A stretch of DNA of 64,000 nucleotides from Ascidiella aspersa (lineage: Eukaryota). The notes under the pieces are model-generated. The model was not told the origin of the DNA, did no database searches, and saw only the letters and a program-made list of their open reading frames with translations. Both the position numbers and the translations under genes were made by a program. Where the stretch lies: positions 10,416,001 to 10,480,000 of the forward strand of contig OZ004607.1 in the NCBI GenBank assembly GCA_963924565.1. Reading direction: 5' to 3'. Below, one piece after another: positions 1 through 10,200 of the stretch (its first letter is position 1; every line of letters begins with the position of its first letter).

Positions 1-1046
1 CTCATTGAGCATACCTTACTTTATAAATTATGCTTCTTATAAGACCTTTGCAGCATTCGCTCCATTTCGAAGTGTTTAAAGGTCTGTATGTGCGCCCTGA
101 CGAAAAAAAGTTACGAAACACAGACATGCACCTATAGGTTTCCCATTCGAATGCTGTGAAGAAGGCGAAAATCACTAGCATGAAGCGGTATGTAAAATTT
201 ACCAAAATCGCACACACGGTAACAGTACCGGAATACATTGAAATTTCAATCTCGCAATCACAGAGGTTCCTTTTGAACGCAACTAAACCGAATTCCGACA
301 GTCGGGTAGAATGTCAACAACGGAACAAACACGAGTTAACCAGCTGTAAGTCAATTTCTCGTGTTCAAGTGCGCTGTGAAACGATACTGACACGGGTCCG
401 ATTAAACCTATTTGAAGACTCTCTCATTGTACGAAACTTCGATTCGAAATTTCTGGAATTATCTGCGGTATTTCTCTATATGAACTACAAATTTACTAAA
501 CGTTTTGTAGGGCTTATTATATGAAGGTATATTTAAATGGTTTTAAACTTGTTAGGTTTAATTTTTGTAACCTTAAAAATACCTGAAACAACTAAAAATG
601 TTTGAAAATAATTTCTAGACGAACTAATATTAATATTTTTTCTACAAATGTATCACAGAAAAAGTCTACAAATTTGAAAAATTCCAATTATTTTTTTCCG
701 ATTTTCACTGTTTTACCTGGTAAATCCATACATATCAACACTCTAACGTTCTACAAAATCGAATATATTTAGACTTTGACAAAATTTTGTGTTGTTTTTA
801 TTTATACAAGTTTATCATAAACAGAAGCGGTTTCCAGGAGAAATAACCCACATTTCGTAAGTTAGAATGTAAGAACTTATAAAAAAAAAATTTTGCTGTT
901 AGCTTCTCAAAAAAATGCCTTTTACTCTCGCTGGTGCTTCTAAGTGCATTTTAATTGTTTTCATTTATACATTGACCTGAAAACTCAATACAATTTGTCT
1001 TTATATAGTGCCACCTGATTCCTCTCTGCAGAGGCGAACTGCCTAC

Positions 1047-1207
1047 CTTGAACTTGCGTGAGCCAGTCAGGTTGTAGATAGTGCTCGGTTGCAAGCGAGA
1101 GCGTATTGAGAAAGACGAGCACGATCACGAGCCAATAGAAGGTCTGCGACTTGACCACTAGTCGGAAGCGTCGGCGAGTTTTGCGGTTCCACCTTTTCCA
1201 TCGCCGG
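1047..1207 (-). CDS. CACNA1C/D/F/S: Cav1 exon 12 equivalent (end of I-II linker, IIS1): [53 protein letters not shown]
   Basis: aattag|C acceptor and AAG|gtaggc donor, 161 nt, phase 2 to 1; strong similarity to Cav1 IIS1. Confidence 0.96.
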
Positions 1208-4200
1208 CTAATTTGAAAAAATAGAAGATTAAGTTATTTTGCGGCACAAATTCGAAAAAAAATAATATAACTGACCAGAGCTCTACAAACTGACAGTTGC
1301 GATCTTGTGCGGCACAAATTCGGCGGTGTAATAAAATATAGCATACCAAGGTTTTAAACTGATGTTGTGCAGCTACTTTTACGTGTTGTTAGTATACTCC
1401 ATTAAAACCATTGAACAAAGTCTTGCGTCTGTATGTATGAAATGTTTCATTGCTATACCAGCCAACATAACGACGACTGGAAAAAAACTTTAAAACCAAA
1501 AATAAGAATAACTCCTACCCAAATTTATCGCGTCATACAACTTATTGTTTTAGAATTAATATCAAAGCCCATATACAAGCATAGGTAGCATATTTTGAAC
1601 GTTTTAAGTAATTCTTCATTCATTTTAAACATTAGATTTCAACTTCAAGTTAGAAACTAAATAAAGAATTGTTCGATTTGACATTCATTCAACGTTTAAC
1701 TATACAACCTCGATACAATATGCTCCAACAATTTTTAAGTTTAAAACAACGATTTTAAGTTTTTCTTTTTAAGTTTATTTTTTGTTATAAGCCCAACCGA
1801 ATATTTGACCTACATTTCCAGACAACGCATTATCGACATAACGAGCAACAACACCAAATAATATTACCTGTAGCACGTCTTGCTCAGCTTCTTTCTGTAG
1901 TGACGTCATGCGGAGTTTACGATATTGAAAAGCAATGACGTCATGTAACGTGTTGATGACGATGGCGATGACGGAGAAGTGGCGGAATGAGGGGAAAATA
2001 AAACAAAGTCGAAGCGGTAACATCGAGTGACATATGAAGCGCGAATGTAAGCCAAAAACCATGCCAAGATAGCCAAAAAAAGTGAAACATTGCAGAACAA
2101 TATATAAAAGTTTGTTACAAAAAACAGGAATTTAGCAACTTTTATTGTTTCGAAAAGAAGTGAATGGCTTGGCATTTTTTAATTGGAGTCAACATCCTTT
2201 GCTCAATACAGTGCTGGTGTACCGTGAATTAAATTCAGACACGGATCGAATATGTTGACGCCCGCTGCTGATTAAATTACCCAAACGTGGATGCAGAGGT
2301 TAATTAGATATTTTATAGCAGCGTTTTAAAACTGTTGATGGCAAAGCTCTTTCTGGCGGGCCCTACACTTTTGGCTAAGTTATTTAAATTAAACAAATCG
2401 AATATTTATTTAAAGTAAATTAAAACCGTTAAAGTGTTGAAACATAATCATTTTTTGTGATTTGTTTATATTCAACTTTCTTCATGCATTTCAGAAACAT
2501 TATTTATTAATATTAGTGTTAAGAAGAGGCGTTGCATCAAAACTGAATGACACCAGTTTTGTGGTAAATGCCTTGCCGTCGCCACATTCGCGTGCCCGAA
2601 AATAACAAAGCAAAGTAAAACTGGGCAAACATTAATAAAAAGGTTAGTCAAAGTGGGACGCAAGGTAAACCCAATTTGGTAAAAAAGTGTCGCAACGAAA
2701 ATGAGATGGATAGAGTTGGGGTGTGTACAAATAAGTTGAGAAGCACTGTTTTAAAGTGACCTCCAAGGCCGAAAAAACTTGTTTGTTTACAGTACTTTAC
2801 ATATTGCACCAATAGCAATAACTTCTCGAAACATTTTAAACCCTATACAAGACCGCAACGATTTTCTTGAGACGTAAACAAACCCAAAACGGGAACGAGT
2901 TTTAGACGATTGAAATATGCTTGAGGACGTTAATGTCGCTGCCTAAATTCGTTTTTAAAATACGTTTAGACGTGTTTCAACATAAGTTTATTACCGTTAC
3001 GATTTTAGACCTTCTGGAAACTTGAATAAGATCAAGGCGAGTTGAATTTAAGACGATTTGAAGATATATTAAAAACGTTTTGTGTTCAATGGGATATCAA
3101 TAATAGGAACAACTTCTTAAACCATTTTGAGACCTGTTTACATGTAAAGTCATCAAACTCATTCAAACAAGTGACGTCTCGTGCATTTCACAACGAGCGG
3201 TTCGTACATTCCAAGAGGAGCTAAGTGTCAACAACATGTTGAGGCAATTATATTAGTCGTCAATTACCTTTGGCGTTGCAGCCAGCTCTCGTCAGCTTGC
3301 GCCGCCGTGTCCTCACTCATGTTGTCGTCCATTCCATCCAGAGTTCCTGAAAAATATAGTTGAAAAGTCACTTTCTGTTGCCAACCTACAAGTCGAACTA
3401 AGTCTTTCAGGACCCGAAGCTTAAAAAAACTTTACTATTTACTTAAAATATATTTACATATTGTAATCATATTTGGAGTAAGTAAAAAACAATACCTGAA
3501 AAACTTAGTTGAAATATCAGTTTGCCAACCTACATGCAAAACAAGAACAAGGGATGCCCGATAAAATCGGATGTGAGCAGATACCCGATGCCAAGTGGCG
3601 GTATCGGTGATCGCCCGATACTAAGGTGATATCGGTGTCAATCCCATAAAATAGTAAACAATTATAAAATCAATTATTGAATTATCGAGAGTCGTAAAAC
3701 TATAATTCCATTAGATGTACTTTGGTGAACTTAATGTAGATTTAGCACTTTGGTAAACCCAAATCCCAATTTGTTAAGTAAAAATAGGCATGTTCGGACC
3801 GAACCAATAAGGGCGCATATGACGCTGCAAGTGCACCAGTAACTGGGTGAAAGGTGATGTAAGCTTGATTGATCTCGACATTCCGACATTTGAAACCCAC
3901 ATATCAGTAGCAGCGGATAGCGCGAAGTCAGTTGCGCCGAGGCAAACTCACGACCAGCGAAATACGAGGGCAAACTGGAACGGCCCCGGCCCCTGGGACA
4001 CCAGCTAATGGAGCACACTTCTATTCCAGGTCTTCTCTGACGTCTACGACTGATTGAATTGCGTCAATGGTCCGGTGGACTGATAGTTGGGTGTGTGTGT
4101 GGGGTGGGTGGATGACTGGATGTGACCCATTGCTGAGTTACCCGGCGGCGATAACCTATCTTTAAGTCGAAAAGCTCCCTTCCCTGATCTTGTATCAGTT

Positions 4201-7200
4201 TTAAGTGCACTAAATTTACTCTTTTAAAATGACTTGGCTTAAGTCGACTAAAGTCTAGTCCGCATTGTTGGATTTATTGAGATTTTGTTCTGGGTTAAGT
4301 TTCTCTAAACTTTAGGAAAACGGTTGGATAGATACGACGACATGGCGCATATTATTTAAATACGAATTTATTTATTCTTTTTTAGTTACATTTTTGCCAC
4401 TTACTAAAAAGTTTGTTTTAGATAATTGGGTCGCCAACGTTTCGTTCACATACTTACGATTCGAGTTTGGGTCGCCGCGCAAGAAGTTGAGAAACGCTAA
4501 GTTAAATAATCCCCTCAAAAGTCCATATATGTCCGAAAACCCTTTTGTCTAATAAACGCTAGGAGTTAAACAACAACTGTTATACGAAACAGACAAATAG
4601 AAGAAGTCGATGAAGGCTTGAACTTAGGCCAAACTCTAGTTAAACATACCTACAATATACCCAATTATCGCAAGGTTAGAACTTCTTCTTAAGCTATAGT
4701 AAAGGTAAATGCAGATAGAGTGTGGCAGTGTTGTCAACAAGTCAGTTTGAAATGACTTACATACAATGATAAACCATTAAAATTGGTAAAATCATTCCAT
4801 TGTGAGCAATAACTCAACTAAAAAAACAGAAAAACAAAAAACGTATAGCAATGCAATCATTCTATGTGCAAAAATTGAGAAAAATAGTTCAAATTTTTTT
4901 TAAATGCGCTAAAGCAATTCATTTCAACCCACGCTATTGAACTCAATGACTTGACTTCAATCAAAAACTTCAATCATTACAACACTGGAGTATGGTATTG
5001 AAAAACACTCGTCACTCATTGCGGGTTAAAACATGACATGGTGGTAGAAAACAGACGGTGATCGACTGAGTACCTTGATGATCAGCCGCTGCTTCTGCGC
5101 GCCTGAATGTGAATGATTGGGCCAGGTGCTAATCAAAGCCGGTACGCCATACTAATCCGAAATCCATAGGCATCTGGCGCGGGTTATAACCAGATGCTGC
5201 TATGGCATGTGCGTATGTACGCAGAGGCTAATTATGTGTTAATAGGGCGCGTTACGTAAAAATATGACTCAAAATTATGTAGGTCGTTGCGTGGAAATTG
5301 AGTGTTCATATTGGACCACGACGAATGTATGACTGATTTTATTGCGAAAAATATCTTTCGAAAAACTGATTTTTATTGAAAAGGATATTTCCTTCTGTTT
5401 TCATATGTAATATGTTCTAAGAAATGTTTTAGCAAAAGCTCTTTTCTTAAAAATGAAAAGAGTTTCGATATTACAAGTTTGAAAAAATAATACTCCAAGA
5501 CTTTTTTAAAACGTTTGAGAAAATAGCGGTTTCATTCGATTTCTTATAAAACAAAATGCTTCATTCAAAAAGGAACCTTTTAAACTAGCATATATGAAAA
5601 TCGTTGGTTTGCAAACACATAATGTTAAAACGTTGGTTTGCAAACACAAAATATTGAAATTTCAAGTCATTTTCTAGACTGCTGTTTTCAAAAGACGGTA
5701 CTTTTTTGTAAATAGGAAGTGGGTTGTGCATTAGTTTATTGTTATCTAACTAGAGAATGCTGCCATCTGACGCCTTAACAAATTTCAACTGCAAATTAAC
5801 GCATCGTGCAGCAATTGAACTCGCCTATGCAAATGTGACATCCTTAACCGCATAATCAGGTCCTGATTGGAGGCAGTTAATTCAATCCGGGGCTGTAATG
5901 CTACTGCTATTTCTATTGCGTGATGCCAGTGCGAATTCCTTTTCCATGCTAGGTCGGGCCACAAAATATAAGCCAATCGATAAACTGTTCAAGTGTAATC
6001 ACTGTTTCGCAAATGCCACCGCACTCCTGTAATCTAATCCTCCTAACGAAAAATAATTTAAGTTCAGCGTTCCAATTAAGAGTTCCAAGCCTTTGCACAC
6101 CATGTGAATACATTTTGGGCAATTCTGTAATATTTATGCGTAAAGTTGTAAATGTAGATGGCTATTTATTATTGTCTTAAGATAGAATGACTTGACCTGT
6201 TTAAGTCATTTTGCCTTTTTGCCTTGACGAAATCGTGTTCGAAAAAATGCCTCAGGAAAGCAAGGTGTTTGACAAGATGAAAAACAAACAAATGTAAATG
6301 GTCTAACGAAATTATACCGCACGAAACTGACACTCATCACGCTCACATGAACGAGATTCCTGTGACATCCAGGGCTGGGTTAACCATTAAGCAAAATAAG
6401 CACGTACTTAGGGCACGAGCGGAAGGTGGCACAACAGAAATTCTTATAGCCGAATATTTAATGGTGTGCCCTAGTGTCTATTGAAATAGTTCGAGTTGAT
6501 CAGACGATTCAGGCCTCTATAGTGGCCGTTTGAAATATTTTTCTTACTTTTTTTTTCGAAAATTTTATTTTAAATCTCTTTATAAATGTTTGTAGATATA
6601 AGAAATATTTTCAAAACAAGAATCCAATTAATTTAATCATAACGTTTCAAGATAACATGTAACACCAGTATCATTTGACCCAAAGGGCACCACAGAATTA
6701 AGTGCTTAAAGCAGTGGTTCTCAAACGGCGTGCCGCGGCGCCCTGGTGTGCCATTTCAAATGCTCAAGGATGCGAATAAATATTTAAAAATTTTTGGGAA
6801 TGTGATTTTTGCAAATGATAAGCTTCTTGATAACTATTTGGTTACGATTCCAGTCGGGTGCCGAAAATCTATTTATAAGTTTTGAGGGTGCCGTAAACCA
6901 TAAAAGTTTGAGAATCACTGGCTTAGAATCAATCGACATGACCCTGGTGACACCGCTATACAACTCACGTCTATCCTCTCCGTCCAAGTCCTCGTCAACT
7001 GGATCGACGTCCTCGGCTTGTGTGATCCACTCGATGTAACCGCGCACATCTTCGTCGATCTGCTGCTTCTCCCGAAGCTTCTGAAACTCTCCGCGCGCGT
7101 TCGCCTTCTCACGCTCCTTGGAAAACTCTCTACACGAAAACATATATTTGTCAAAAGTACGAAAGGGGTTTAAAACAACTTGATTCGACTCTAGCCGAGA

Positions 7201-10200
7201 AAATAAAGTCGACTCTCGAGTCTCAACTCGTTTCCCTAAATCTGTATTATATACTTTACTCCAATATGGTGGATATACAGCAATCAACTTCTCAGGCTCC
7301 TTGAACAACTCTATGCACGAAAGTAGGATGTATTTGTCAAACGTATATAGCAGCGGTACCCAAACTAAGCGCCGCGAGACTTTGTCAGCGGCGCCGTAAA
7401 CACTTTGGTGACCTTTGCTGAGATTTTAGAACATCATACCCCCGGATTTGTGCCGCTAACAAACCAAAATTTTACACATACCTTGCGTGCCAGCATTAGC
7501 AATCCGGCAAACACACTTTTAACGAAATATATAAATAAAATATTGATGTTAATTTTTGTTCATGGGCACACTATGCACGGATTTGTAATGTAACGTGATA
7601 ATGTATTACAAAGAATTTGAATAAACTCGCTGTAAGGTCCTTTGAATTTCAAAGTAGTCCGGTTAACACAAAGATGGTACGTTTTTTGTTCAATTTTAGT
7701 GCCGTTTACGTTTCATAGGCGTAATAAGCAATAAAGATTTTTTCAATTTCACACTCGTAATACCACCAATAGAAAAGAGCAAACTTCTTTGTCAATTCTT
7801 CATAAGTTTAAACTACTGTTTAGAAATTTTTAGCCGCAGACGTTTAAAAATTAAAGTCATCATGACGTCAAAGTTTATAAACTCTGTTGAAATGAAAGTA
7901 ATACGATCTGGGCAGGGATACCGCAATTTGTCTGAAGGAGAATGGTAAAACAAGACGCCGTCATGTTTTTCAAGTTTTCGTCGTTTTGCTCCTTCAAATA
8001 TCTAATTAATTTGTAAGTGTATCCTTCTGCTTGACAAGGGTGGCGAAAAACACTTCAAAACGTTAATTTGAATAGGAAATTTCACCTAAACTGACTGCTA
8101 ACGATTGTTTTAAAACAGTGCAACCGTTTTCGTCCGAGAATGACTTTGAAAAAGGTCAATTCTATTGTTGGCTGGGAAAGTTCGGTAGCTTAAAAAGTTT
8201 GCCGACTGAAATAAATTAGGAAATTCCCCAACAGAAAAAATAAATTGCTTGTTTGCTAAGCCCTTCCCTCCGCCATTACATAAGGTTTCTACCGCAGGTT
8301 TTAATATAAGAGCTTTCTTATCCACTATTTCAGTTATTCAGGAACATATTCATGAAAAATTTTAATCTTGTCATTACGGCCTAGTCAGCCAGCCTAATAA
8401 ACTTTCAAAACAGAGAAGCAAAAAATAATTTTGTTTCGCAGCACTTTTCGTCTGGTCGTCATTAATAAAAACGTTTTTACAACCTGTTTAGATATAATAA
8501 AGGAAAAACTTGTCTGTAGTAGAAAAGCAATATTTTGTTTTTTTAACCTTGGCGATAGGTTCCCATAATTAACGACTTTAAATATTGATTTGTAAGGGGA
8601 GGCGTTCATGGACCGAATGCCAAATCCTAAACCAATCGAAATGAAAACATATTTACTTACCCGCTCAAGACTCCAAGAATAAGGTTCATGACGAAAAATG
8701 AGCCAACAATGATTAAAGAAACGAAGTAGATCCATGGAAGCAGACTTCCCATCGCGTCGTTCGTCTGCAAAACATTGGTTGTAAAGCTTATTATATACTG
8801 AACGATGACATCAGTCTTGGTGTTTCCAAATTTTAGAGTTAGTCCTGGTAAGTACTTCGTAGATCTTTAAGGATGTCCAATAATTTCCGATCGTAGCCGA
8901 TACTCCATGCCAAGTGGTAGTATCGGTACTCGTTCGATTCTACGGTGGTGTCTGTGCCGATCTGATACTAAATTTATTTGTGCACTACGACTGCGTTTTG
9001 CGTCCATTTAAGTTTTACTTAAAAAGGAAAATTTCTAAAAAAATATTACATTAAAAATTCGAGTATAAAAAGTGATTCAAAGATTTAATTCTTAGTTAGC
9101 TTTATTTTGAATAGTGTCTATAAGCAATATTTCACAAAAATAATATAGTCTTTCAAAGTGGAAAAACGCTTAGATCTCAAACCGTGGCTGAAATTTTTTA
9201 ATTAACGATCCTAAACCGTCCTAATATCGGACGAGAACCAATAGTATCACTTGGCATAAGGCATCGTTTCCGTTCCAAAATAACCAGACATCCCTACTCT
9301 CCGTTCCCTTAGCTTTAAACTTGCCCAAATAAATTTTCGCCAAACTTCAAAAAATGCCAAAGAGGCAAAACTCACGTAGTAAAGCACGTCAGTCCAGCCC
9401 TCCATGGTGATGCACTGGAAAACGGTGATTACGGAAAAGTAAAACGTGTCGAAGTTAATGATGCCGTACGAGGGGCCTTCCCAACCGCCCCGACAGGTAG
9501 TGCCGACTGGACAGTGGCGCCCTGCGTCCGGGATAGGGGCACACGGCGCCGGGTCGTCGAAGGCCAGGACGTAGTCTGTAAGGTGATGACAAAAACGGTT
9601 TATATTTGAGTTTTTTGATCGTATTTTGATTAACCAACTATATTTTTTGTGCTAAAATGCCCTTTGTTATTTGTAGGGTAAAATGCTGAAAAGTTTAGAG
9701 AATGGCCCGCACGCCTGAATCAACAAATACGGGGAGAATTATTTCGAATAAGTTGGAAGATCGACCGATCAAGCTGACAGCTTGACTGAAATAGGAGGGG
9801 TTTTTGAATTAGAAGCGGGAATTTTGCCGTCGTGGCGTAACGTCATTCGCGTTTTATTCTCTCCCTCACCTTTTTTTCTTTTTGATTCTCTTTCGGTAAA
9901 AATATTTAGCATGTATTTTGTTCTGAGTACATAATAATGTTTTTGTCGACATATTTACTGCTAATACGAAGACAATTATTAGAATACCGTATCCGGATAA
10001 AATTACCAAAACAGGTTAAATGATGATATGCCGATATAAAGGCAAAGTAGCCACAGTAAACAAAGTAAATCTTTCCAGTTAAAAAAATTTGTAAATTGTA
10101 GAACAGTAAAATCGTTACTATAGTTTGTTTAAGTTAAGCCTTCATAAATGTTTTAACTTTGACCTGATGAAGCACGGTTGTGCGAAAGCTTGTCGAGAAT

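Noticed and set aside
6784-7308. 174-aa ORF as a stand-alone gene
   Set aside because: Only 6969-7129 is Cav1 exon 9; the flanks are intron and MITE sequence read through by chance
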